Shown in pieces: positions 1 to 8,534 of a stretch of DNA of 64,000 nt. The stretch lies in assembly GCF_003018115.1 (NCBI RefSeq), contig NZ_CP027457.1; one strand, written 5' to 3'. The translations under genes and the position numbers were made by a program. Position 1 is the stretch's first letter. The number at the start of each line of letters is the position of its first letter. The notes beneath the pieces are model-generated. The model saw only the letters and a program-made list of their open reading frames with translations. It was not told the origin of the DNA and ran no database searches. This DNA comes from Escherichia coli. GTDB taxonomy: Bacteria; Pseudomonadota; Gammaproteobacteria; Enterobacterales; Enterobacteriaceae.

Positions 1-716
1 AGCGACTGCTGGATGAACTTAACAGCACGTTGCGCGATACCGGGCGTATGGGGCAACAACTGAGCGGAAAAGTTCGGGTCGCTGCCAGCCAGACCATTTC
101 CGCGCATCTTATTCCGCAATGCATTGCTGAAAGCCATCGCCGCTATCCAGATATTCAGTTTGTCCTGCACGATCGTCCGCAGCAGTGGGTGATGGAAAGT
201 ATTCGCCAGGGAGATGTCGACTTTGGCATCGTCATCGATCCAGGCCCAGTGGGCGATCTGCAATGTGAAGCGATTCTTTCCGAGCCTTTCTTTCTGCTTT
301 GCCATCGCGATAGCGCTTTGGCCGTGGAAGATTATGTACCCTGGCAGGCATTACAGGGAGCGAAATTGGTGTTGCAGGATTACGCGTCAGGCAGCCGACC
401 GCTGATTGACGCAGCGCTGGCGCGCAATGGTATTCAGGCGAATATTGTGCAGGAGATTGGACATCCGGCGACGCTGTTCCCGATGGTAGCCGCAGGCATC
501 GGCATCAGTATTCTTCCCGCACTGGCGCTACCATTGCCTGAAGGTAGCCCACTGGTGGTAAAGCGCATTACGCCGGTTGTTGAACGCCAGTTGATGCTGG
601 TGCGCAGGAAGAACCGTTCACTTTCCACCGCCGCTGAAGCGTTATGGGACGTGGTACGAGACCAGGGCAATGCGCTAATGGCTGGTCGGGAAGGGGATCC
701 GTTGTATCAGATATAG
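1..716 (+). CDS. yfeR: LysR-family transcriptional regulator, 5' end outside window (partial; frame of ORF 30..716)
   Basis: C-terminal LysR substrate-binding domain in the translation; position next to yfeN/xapA as in K-12 synteny. Confidence 0.75.
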
Positions 717-754
717 AGTGAATTCATACTGCCGGGAGCCCCGGCAGTAATCAA

Positions 755-1519
755 TCAGAAGTTAAATTTGATGGAGTAGATTATCGCATCCTGGTAAAAA
801 TCTTCGCCCAGTTTGTCATCCGCATATCGATACTGAATCCCCGTAGTAATGTGTGATGTTGCATTCCACCACAGTGCAACTGCGCCATTCAGCCCTTCTT
901 TACCGCCATTACCCGCTGCATAGGTAGCGTCACGGTCAAACTCGTACTCGTTCCAGTTGGTAAGAGTGAATTTCTCGCTGCCCAGCATAAAGTTGTAACC
1001 TGCAACCCAGCCGGCGACATAGCCGTTGTCGCCAGTGTAATAGGTTTGATCTGTATAACGCTTAGCAAAGAACGGTTTGAACCACCAACCGCTGCCGGTG
1101 AAATTGTAGCCGATACCGTACAGGAACATATCGTCGTGGAAATTCACGCGATTCGCAGAACCGTAGGTGCCATACGCATGCAAGTAGAAATTAAATCCGG
1201 TGTCACCCAGGTAAATACGGTTGGTATTTTTAAAGGTATAACGCTGCTCGCTACCTGGTTTATTATGGCGACCGTTATAGAAGTTTTCCCAGTCGAAGAA
1301 CCCGTACATTTCTCCCCAACTAAAGTTAGCGCCACCTTCAAATTCAAGATAGCCAAAATCATCTTTGTGTGATTTGGTCGACGATTTTTCGGTAGTCCGG
1401 CTGGTCCAGTCCAGATAATGCACGCCGATATCTGCAAAACCGCCTTTAAATTCTGCATGAGATACAACAGGTATCGCTAATATAGAGGAAAGTGTCAGAG
1501 TTAAAAGATGTTTTTTCAT
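755..1519 (-). CDS. yfeN: Tsx/OmpK-family nucleoside-specific outer-membrane channel homologue
   Basis: 254 aa with signal peptide ending ..VVSHA, aromatic-rich beta-barrel composition, C-terminal F; adjacent to xapA. Confidence 0.85.
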   Translation of the reverse strand: MKKHLLTLTLSSILAIPVVSHAEFKGGFADIGVHYLDWTSRTTEKSSTKSHKDDFGYLEFEGGANFSWGEMYGFFDWENFYNGRHNKPGSEQRYTFKNTNRIYLGDTGFNFYLHAYGTYGSANRVNFHDDMFLYGIGYNFTGSGWWFKPFFAKRYTDQTYYTGDNGYVAGWVAGYNFMLGSEKFTLTNWNEYEFDRDATYAAGNGGKEGLNGAVALWWNATSHITTGIQYRYADDKLGEDFYQDAIIYSIKFNF

Positions 1520-1767
1520 AGCATAATTCCCTATGCCGATCGTTATTAGTAGATTGCTTAATAAAGTGGTTTGCTAAAAACGACATATTGTTAATGCAAA
1601 GGAATTAATATCGCCAATACAGTTTTTACCGTGGATTAATAGAGGAAAGATATAAATCCATCGATATCGAATCGCTATTGAATGCGTGAGAAAAGTGTAT
1701 TGGTAAGAGCCGGGACAACCTCGCTATAAAAAGGCGTTAGATTCCACCCTACAGAAAAAGGATATAT

Positions 1768-2601
1768 ATGTCTCAGGTTCAATTTTCTCATAACATGCTG
1801 TTTTGCATAGATATTATCAAGACTTATAAACCTGATTTCACGCCACGAGTGGCCTTTATTTTAGGTTCCGGGCTCGGCGCGCTGGCCGATCAGATTGAGA
1901 ACGCTGTCGCAATTTCCTACGAAAAGCTGCCGGGCTTCCCGGTAAGTACGGTACATGGTCATGCGGGGGAGTTAGTGCTGGGCTATCTCCAGGGCGTACC
2001 GGTGGTATGTATGAAAGGTCGCGGACATTTCTACGAAGGTCGTGGAATGACCATTATGACTGACGCAATTCGTACCTTTAAGCTGCTGGGCTGTGAGCTA
2101 CTGTTCTGCACCAATGCGGCAGGCTCGCTGCGTCCGGAAGTGGGGGCAGGCAGCCTGGTCGCATTGAAAGATCATATCAACACCATGCCAGGTACGCCGA
2201 TGGTGGGACTTAACGATGATCGTTTTGGAGAGCGTTTCTTCTCACTGGCAAATGCCTACGATGCGGAATACCGCGCACTGTTACAAAAAGTGGCGAAAGA
2301 AGAGGGTTTCCCTCTGACGGAGGGCGTGTTCGTCTCGTATCCGGGGCCGAATTTCGAGACTGCGGCGGAAATTCGCATGATGCAAATTATTGGTGGGGAT
2401 GTTGTTGGTATGTCTGTGGTGCCTGAGGTTATTTCAGCTCGCCATTGCGACCTTAAAGTCGTTGCGGTCTCTGCGATTACCAATATGGCGGAAGGTTTAA
2501 GCGATGTGAAATTGTCACATGCGCAAACGCTGGCGGCTGCGGAGCTCTCTAAGCAGAACTTCATCAACCTTATTTGTGGCTTTCTGCGCAAAATTGCCTG
2601 A
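1768..2601 (+). CDS. xapA: xanthosine phosphorylase (purine nucleoside phosphorylase II)
   Basis: 277 aa, PNP family, matches XapA as recalled; followed by xapB and xapR. Confidence 0.95.
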   Translation: MSQVQFSHNMLFCIDIIKTYKPDFTPRVAFILGSGLGALADQIENAVAISYEKLPGFPVSTVHGHAGELVLGYLQGVPVVCMKGRGHFYEGRGMTIMTDAIRTFKLLGCELLFCTNAAGSLRPEVGAGSLVALKDHINTMPGTPMVGLNDDRFGERFFSLANAYDAEYRALLQKVAKEEGFPLTEGVFVSYPGPNFETAAEIRMMQIIGGDVVGMSVVPEVISARHCDLKVVAVSAITNMAEGLSDVKLSHAQTLAAAELSKQNFINLICGFLRKIA

Positions 2602-2660
2602 GAAAAACAATAAGAAACGGCCTCGCGGGTGAGGCCAAATGATGCGACAAGGAAACGATT

Positions 2661-3917
2661 ATGAGCATCGCGATGCGCTTAAAGGTAATGTCCTTTTTGC
2701 AATATTTTATCTGGGGGAGCTGGCTGGTTACCCTCGGCTCTTACATGATTAATACCCTTCATTTCACCGGCGCTAATGTTGGCATGGTTTACAGTTCCAA
2801 AGGGATCGCCGCGATTATTATGCCTGGTATAATGGGGATCATCGCAGACAAATGGCTGCGTGCAGAACGTGCATACATGCTATGTCACCTGGTGTGTGCG
2901 GGCGTACTTTTTTATGCGGCATCCGTAACTGATCCGGATATGATGTTTTGGGTGATGTTAGTCAATGCGATGGCGTTTATGCCGACTATTGCGTTATCGA
3001 ACAGCGTCTCTTATTCCTGTCTTGCCCAGGCAGGGCTTGACCCGGTGACCGCTTTTCCGCCCATTCGCGTTTTTGGTACGGTGGGGTTCATTGTCGCGAT
3101 GTGGGCAGTAAGCCTGCTGCATCTGGAATTGAGTAGTCTGCAGCTGTATATCGCGTCCGGTGCGTCATTGCTGCTGTCGGCTTATGCGCTGACTTTGCCG
3201 AAGATTCCGGTTGCGGAGAAAAAAGCGACCACATCGCTTGCCAGCAAGCTGGGTCTGGATGCCTTCGTGCTGTTTAAAAATCCACGCATGGCCATCTTTT
3301 TCCTCTTTGCCATGATGCTGGGTGCGGTACTGCAAATTACCAACGTTTTTGGTAATCCGTTCCTACATGATTTCGCCCGTAACCCGGAGTTTGCTGACAG
3401 TTTTGTGGTGAAATATCCCTCCATTTTACTGTCAGTTTCACAGATGGCAGAAGTGGGCTTTATACTGACTATCCCATTCTTTTTAAAGCGATTTGGCATT
3501 AAAACCGTCATGCTGATGAGTATGGTGGCCTGGACGCTGCGCTTTGGCTTCTTCGCCTATGGCGATCCGTCAACAACCGGATTTATTTTGCTGCTGCTGT
3601 CGATGATTGTTTATGGCTGTGCATTCGATTTCTTCAATATTTCTGGTTCGGTATTTGTCGAACAGGAAGTTGATTCCAGCATTCGTGCCAGCGCGCAGGG
3701 GCTCTTTATGACCATGGTAAATGGTGTCGGCGCATGGGTTGGCTCGATTCTGAGTGGCATGGCAGTAGATTACTTTTCGGTGGATGGCGTAAAAGACTGG
3801 CAAACTATCTGGCTGGTGTTTGCAGGATATGCTCTTTTTCTCGCAGTGATATTTTTCTTTGGGTTTAAATATAATCATGACCCTGAAAAGATAAAGCATC
3901 GAGCGGTGGCTCATTAA
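2661..3917 (+). CDS. xapB: xanthosine/nucleoside:H+ symporter (MFS, NHS family)
   Basis: 418 aa polytopic membrane protein downstream of xapA. Confidence 0.93.
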   Translation: MSIAMRLKVMSFLQYFIWGSWLVTLGSYMINTLHFTGANVGMVYSSKGIAAIIMPGIMGIIADKWLRAERAYMLCHLVCAGVLFYAASVTDPDMMFWVMLVNAMAFMPTIALSNSVSYSCLAQAGLDPVTAFPPIRVFGTVGFIVAMWAVSLLHLELSSLQLYIASGASLLLSAYALTLPKIPVAEKKATTSLASKLGLDAFVLFKNPRMAIFFLFAMMLGAVLQITNVFGNPFLHDFARNPEFADSFVVKYPSILLSVSQMAEVGFILTIPFFLKRFGIKTVMLMSMVAWTLRFGFFAYGDPSTTGFILLLLSMIVYGCAFDFFNISGSVFVEQEVDSSIRASAQGLFMTMVNGVGAWVGSILSGMAVDYFSVDGVKDWQTIWLVFAGYALFLAVIFFFGFKYNHDPEKIKHRAVAH

Positions 3918-3969
3918 AAGGATTCGCAGCTCTGCTCTTCAGAGCTGCTTTTATGATAAAGGTTAATTA

Positions 3970-4128
3970 GTGAAAGATATTTTATTTTCTTCCGGCGTTG
4001 GTTTTGGCATTGGTGCTTTGTTTACAATCGTGCGCTTGCCTATTCCTGTACCAAATGTATTACCGGGTATATTATCCATTGTGTTTATGTATGTCGGATA
4101 TCTGGTGGTGAAATACTTTATGCCATGA
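3970..4128 (+). CDS. small hydrophobic XapX-like membrane protein (52 aa, GTG start), not in the supplied ORF track
   Basis: GTG at 3970 preceded by AAAGG about 9 nt upstream; translation VKDILFSSGVGFGIGALFTIVRLPIPVPNVLPGILSIVFMYVGYLVVKYFMP; lies in the xapB-xapR gap. Confidence 0.5.
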   Translation: MKDILFSSGVGFGIGALFTIVRLPIPVPNVLPGILSIVFMYVGYLVVKYFMP

Positions 4129-4168
4129 TAATTTAATACGATGTATTTATTATATGGAGCACTTAATC

Positions 4169-5053
4169 ATGGAACGCGTATACAGAACAGATCTTAAGTT
4201 GCTCCGTTATTTTCTTGCCGTAGCGGAAGAGTTGCATTTTGGCCGCGCAGCAGCGCGTTTAAATATGTCTCAGCCTCCGCTCAGTATTCATATTAAAGAA
4301 CTGGAAAATCAACTCGGCACGCAGCTTTTTATTCGCCATTCGCGCAGCGTCGTACTGACACACGCGGGCAAAATCTTGATGGAAGAATCGCGTCGATTGC
4401 TGGTGAATGCTAATAATGTATTGGCTCGGGTTGAACAAATAGGTCGGGGAGAAGCAGGGCGGATTGAACTCGGCGTAGTGGGAACGGCAATGTGGGGACG
4501 GATGCGCCCGGTTATGCGGCGATTCCTCAGGGAAAATCCTAACGTTGACGTTCTTTTTCGCGAAAAGATGCCCGCGATGCAAATGGCCTTGCTGGAACGC
4601 CGCGAACTTGATGCCGGGATCTGGCGAATGGCGACAGAACCACCGACTGGTTTTACCAGCTTACGGTTGCATGAATCGGCGTTTCTGGTGGCGATGCCTG
4701 AAGAGCATCATCTCTCATCATTTTCCACCGTCCCGCTGGAAGCGCTACGTGACGAGTATTTTGTTACAATGCCGCCCGTTTACACTGACTGGGATTTTTT
4801 GCAGCGAGTTTGCCAGCAGGTGGGATTTTCACCGGTTGTTATTCGCGAAGTTAATGAACCGCAAACGGTACTCGCTATGGTCAGTATGGGCATTGGTATC
4901 ACATTGATAGCGGACAGCTACGCACAAATGAACTGGCCAGGTGTCATTTTCCGTCCGCTCAAACAGCGCATCCCTGCAGATTTATATATTGTTTATGAAA
5001 CACAGCAGGTGACGCCCGCGATGGTTAAGCTGTTGGCTGCATTGACACAGTAG
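4169..5053 (+). CDS. xapR: LysR-family activator of the xap operon
   Basis: Translation from MERVYRTDLKLLRYF (294 aa) has an HTH N-terminus; the ORF-track start at 4154 adds 5 codons that are probably not translated. Confidence 0.9.
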   Translation: MERVYRTDLKLLRYFLAVAEELHFGRAAARLNMSQPPLSIHIKELENQLGTQLFIRHSRSVVLTHAGKILMEESRRLLVNANNVLARVEQIGRGEAGRIELGVVGTAMWGRMRPVMRRFLRENPNVDVLFREKMPAMQMALLERRELDAGIWRMATEPPTGFTSLRLHESAFLVAMPEEHHLSSFSTVPLEALRDEYFVTMPPVYTDWDFLQRVCQQVGFSPVVIREVNEPQTVLAMVSMGIGITLIADSYAQMNWPGVIFRPLKQRIPADLYIVYETQQVTPAMVKLLAALTQ

Positions 5054-5130
5054 GTGAGGAGACAGGAATTGCCGGAAATAGTAGTCTGCTAAGTGAAGCG
5101 CATCAGGCAATTTCGCAAATCGCAGATAGC

Positions 5131-5158
5131 AAAAAAGCGCCTTTAGGGCGCCTTTTTA
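5131..5158. terminator. GC hairpin flanked by A-run and T-run; bidirectional intrinsic terminator between xapR and the tRNA operon
   Basis: aaaaaagcgcctttagggcgccttttt. Confidence 0.5.
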
Positions 5159-5161
5159 CAT

Positions 5162-5237
5162 TGGTGGGTCGTGCAGGATTCGAACCTGCGACCAATTGAT
5201 TAAAAGTCAACTGCTCTACCAACTGAGCTAACGACCC
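5162..5237 (-). tRNA. lysV: tRNA-Lys (UUU)
   Basis: Reverse complement reads GGGTCGTTAGCTCAGTTGGTAGAGCAGTTGACTTTTAATCAATTGGTCGCAGGTTCGAATCCTGCACGACCCACCA. Confidence 0.95.
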
Positions 5238-5241
5238 GAAG

Positions 5242-5317
5242 TGGTGGGTGATGACGGGATCGAACCGCCGACCCCCTCCTTGTAAGGGAGGTGCTCTCCC
5301 AGCTGAGCTAATCACCC
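5242..5317 (-). tRNA. valY: tRNA-Val (UAC)
   Basis: Reverse complement reads GGGTGATTAGCTCAGCTGGGAGAGCACCTCCCTTACAAGGAGGGGGTCGGCGGTTCGATCCCGTCATCACCCACCA; which of the K-12 val paralogues it corresponds to is uncertain. Confidence 0.95.
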
Positions 5318-5361
5318 ACTTCTCAATTTCTTGCTACACGGCGGAGACTACATAAAGTAGT

Positions 5362-5437
5362 TGGTGGGTGATGACGGGATCGAACCGCCGACCCCCTCCT
5401 TGTAAGGGAGGTGCTCTCCCAGCTGAGCTAATCACCC
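5362..5437 (-). tRNA. valU: tRNA-Val (UAC), second identical copy
   Basis: Identical 76-nt sequence 44 bp upstream (in operon sense) of the first Val gene. Confidence 0.95.
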
Positions 5438-5454
5438 CCGCTGTGTGGAGTCGC

Positions 5455-5482
5455 ATTATAGGGAGAGTTCAAAATGAGTCAA
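5455..5482 (-). promoter_or_regulatory. sigma70 promoter of the Val-Val-Lys tRNA operon
   Basis: Minus strand reads TTGACT, 16-nt spacer, TATAAT just upstream of the first tRNA-Val. Confidence 0.5.
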
Positions 5483-5695
5483 CGCATTTTCTAAAGAAAT
5501 TGTTCGTTCGTCGTAAATTTAAGCAAGATGATCGCAAAACAGACCGTGTTGCGCAATTTGTCAACGAAAACAATAATGCGTAAGGTTGCAACCCGAACTA
5601 CATTGAGGAATCAGGCGGGAGTGATAGAATATCGCCCACTCAATTTTTCCAGGATTTGCCGGTTGTCGGCATCTTTCTAAACGTAAGGCCATTTC

Positions 5696-7111
5696 ATGAA
5701 AATCAAAACTCGCTTCGCGCCAAGCCCAACAGGCTATCTGCACGTTGGCGGCGCGCGTACTGCTCTTTACTCCTGGCTTTTTGCACGTAACCACGGCGGT
5801 GAGTTCGTGCTGCGTATTGAAGACACCGATCTTGAGCGTTCCACGCCGGAAGCTATCGAAGCCATTATGGATGGCATGAACTGGCTGAGCCTGGAGTGGG
5901 ATGAAGGTCCGTACTTCCAGACCAAACGTTTTGATCGCTACAACGCGGTGATCGATCAGATGCTGGAAGAGGGCACAGCTTATAAATGCTATTGCTCTAA
6001 AGAGCGCCTGGAAGCGCTGCGCGAAGAGCAAATGGCGAAAGGTGAGAAGCCGCGTTATGACGGTCGCTGCCGCCACAGTCATGAGCATCACGCTGATGAT
6101 GAGCCGTGTGTCGTACGTTTTGCTAACCCGCAGGAAGGTTCTGTTGTTTTTGACGATCAGATCCGTGGTCCGATCGAGTTCAGCAACCAGGAACTGGACG
6201 ATCTTATTATCCGCCGTACCGATGGTTCCCCAACCTATAACTTCTGTGTGGTTGTCGATGACTGGGATATGGAAATCACCCACGTTATCCGTGGCGAAGA
6301 CCATATCAACAACACGCCACGCCAGATCAACATTCTTAAGGCCCTGAAAGCGCCGGTGCCGGTTTACGCGCACGTTTCTATGATCAATGGCGATGACGGT
6401 AAAAAACTGTCCAAACGTCACGGGGCAGTCAGCGTAATGCAGTATCGTGATGACGGTTATTTGCCAGAAGCACTGCTGAACTATCTGGTGCGTCTGGGCT
6501 GGTCCCACGGCGATCAGGAAATCTTCACTCGTGAAGAGATGATCAAATACTTCACTTTGAATGCCGTCAGCAAATCTGCCAGTGCGTTCAACACCGACAA
6601 GCTGCTGTGGCTGAACCATCACTACATTAACGCGCTGCCGCCGGAGTATGTTGCTACTCACTTACAGTGGCACATTGAGCAGGAAAATATCGATACCCGT
6701 AACGGCCCGCAGCTGGCTGATCTGGTGAAACTGCTGGGCGAACGCTGCAAGACGCTGAAAGAGATGGCACAGAGCTGCCGTTATTTCTACGAAGATTTTG
6801 CTGAGTTCGATGCCGATGCGGCGAAAAAACATCTGCGTCCGGTAGCGCGTCAGCCGCTGGAAGTGGTTCGTGACAAACTGGCCGCGATTACTGACTGGAC
6901 CGCTGAAAACGTTCATCACGCTATTCAGGCGACGGCGGATGAGCTGGAAGTGGGTATGGGTAAAGTTGGTATGCCGCTGCGTGTCGCCGTAACCGGTGCG
7001 GGGCAGTCTCCAGCACTGGATGTTACCGTTCACGCAATTGGTAAGACCCGCAGTATCGAGCGTATCAACAAAGCGCTGGATTTTATTGCTGAACGCGAAA
7101 ATCAGCAGTAA
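5696..7111 (+). CDS. gltX: glutamyl-tRNA synthetase
   Basis: 471 aa; class I aaRS HIGH-type motif ([11 protein letters not shown]) and KLSKR motif. Confidence 0.97.
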   Translation: MKIKTRFAPSPTGYLHVGGARTALYSWLFARNHGGEFVLRIEDTDLERSTPEAIEAIMDGMNWLSLEWDEGPYFQTKRFDRYNAVIDQMLEEGTAYKCYCSKERLEALREEQMAKGEKPRYDGRCRHSHEHHADDEPCVVRFANPQEGSVVFDDQIRGPIEFSNQELDDLIIRRTDGSPTYNFCVVVDDWDMEITHVIRGEDHINNTPRQINILKALKAPVPVYAHVSMINGDDGKKLSKRHGAVSVMQYRDDGYLPEALLNYLVRLGWSHGDQEIFTREEMIKYFTLNAVSKSASAFNTDKLLWLNHHYINALPPEYVATHLQWHIEQENIDTRNGPQLADLVKLLGERCKTLKEMAQSCRYFYEDFAEFDADAAKKHLRPVARQPLEVVRDKLAAITDWTAENVHHAIQATADELEVGMGKVGMPLRVAVTGAGQSPALDVTVHAIGKTRSIERINKALDFIAERENQQ

Positions 7112-7127
7112 TTAGCGTGTAAAAAGA

Positions 7128-7162
7128 TAAACGGCAGGAGATAATATCCTGCCGTTTTTTAT
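7128..7162. terminator. intrinsic terminator between convergent gltX and yfeD
   Basis: acggcaggagataatatcctgccgtttttt hairpin plus T-run. Confidence 0.6.
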
Positions 7163-7555
7163 TTATGCTGATTCGTCAATATCGAGACGGGCGAGGAAAT
7201 TGCGAATTCCTTCACGTGACAAAAATTGCGCGACTTTTTCCTGCTCAATGTCTGTCATATTATCTATCGCGTTGATGATTTGTCGATACGCCGGGGCGCG
7301 TGCTCCAGGAGCGTATTCAGCAATTCTCTCTTCAGCTTCCATCAACATTGGTGTGTTATGGAACGCAGGCGTGTTCTGAATAAACTCGCAAACTTGCGTA
7401 TCGACCAGAATAAGTCTGGCACGACCGCCTTTCACGCCGGGAAATTTTTCCGTTTTCCAGCCTTTTTCTCTGATCCAACGGTTAACAGTTTGTTTAGCCA
7501 CACCGAGGCATTCAGCCAGTTCTTCGGTGGTCATTTTATTGCGTAATCTTTTCAT
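7163..7555 (-). CDS. yfeD: putative DNA-binding protein (YfeC/YfeD family)
   Basis: 130 aa, HTH-like N-terminus, paralogue of the adjacent gene. Confidence 0.85.
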   Translation of the reverse strand: MKRLRNKMTTEELAECLGVAKQTVNRWIREKGWKTEKFPGVKGGRARLILVDTQVCEFIQNTPAFHNTPMLMEAEERIAEYAPGARAPAYRQIINAIDNMTDIEQEKVAQFLSREGIRNFLARLDIDESA

Positions 7556-7556
7556 A

Positions 7557-7901
7557 TTATTTGCTATCGCGAATCCCTAAGCGTTGTAACAATCCGATAA
7601 TCCCTTCCCGCAGAAGCAAGGATGTAAACTGTTTTTGTTCAACTGGCGTCATCTCTTTCGCCAGTGTCACCAGCAATACTTCAAGCGGCGCATCACCAGA
7701 AAGGGCAAGCGCTTCTCCCTGACCTTCTGGACGTTCAGCATTACGAATATATTCACGAACCTGTTCATTGACGTGAACCAGTCGGGCTTTGCCACCCTGG
7801 ACGCCTGGTTTTGGTGACGTCGTCCAGCCTTCCTTGCGTACCCATTTATTAATGGTCTGGCGGCTATAGCCGGTCAGTCTGGCAAGTTCATCTGGCGTCA
7901 T
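7557..7901 (-). CDS. yfeC: putative DNA-binding protein (YfeC/YfeD family)
   Basis: 114 aa from MTPDELARL; ORF-track start at 7916 adds 5 codons. Confidence 0.85.
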   Translation of the reverse strand: MTPDELARLTGYSRQTINKWVRKEGWTTSPKPGVQGGKARLVHVNEQVREYIRNAERPEGQGEALALSGDAPLEVLLVTLAKEMTPVEQKQFTSLLLREGIIGLLQRLGIRDSK

Positions 7902-8075
7902 CCTCTCCTTGAACATAACAATTCCCTGAGTGTATGTGGGTCTATTAGTAGTTCATTTTATAGCACCACTTTACAGGAAACCGTGACATGAATAACTACT
8001 GAATGCGAGCGGTTTTCCAAAATTGTTCATTTGCCTGATTTTTCAGCGATTGAAACTACACGCTGCAATTTGCCG

Positions 8076-8104
8076 TTGACACATTCGGGCGGAATTCATA
8101 TGAT
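8076..8104 (+). promoter_or_regulatory. sigma70 promoter of the tRNA-Ala operon with GC-rich discriminator
   Basis: TTGACA, 17-nt spacer, TATGAT, then gccgcccg, about 30 nt upstream of the first tRNA-Ala. Confidence 0.55.
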
Positions 8105-8136
8105 GCCGCCCGTCAACTCGACAAGCTTTACGTGAC

Positions 8137-8212
<76 letters not shown>

Positions 8213-8251
8213 AATTTTGCACCCAGCAAATTTGGTACGTAAACGCATCGT

Positions 8252-8327
<76 letters not shown>

Positions 8328-8534
8328 AATTTCCAACCCTCGCTGCAAAGCGGGGGTTTTTTGTCTCTGCTTTTTGCCGCTTTTGTAATACAGTCTACGT
8401 CCGGGTTAGCGCCGCCTGGTGAAAGCATCATTGGATGAAAAATCGGCAACAGGCTGGCCCTTGTTTGCTTCGCGATGCGAATAAACTTATTATTTGTGTG
8501 CCTGAAAACCCCGATCAGTGAGAGTAGTGTACTC

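Noticed and set aside
5561-6661. 366-aa ORF antisense to gltX
   Set aside because: Lies entirely within and opposite the well-supported gltX frame; no start context; typical shadow ORF of a GC-rich gene
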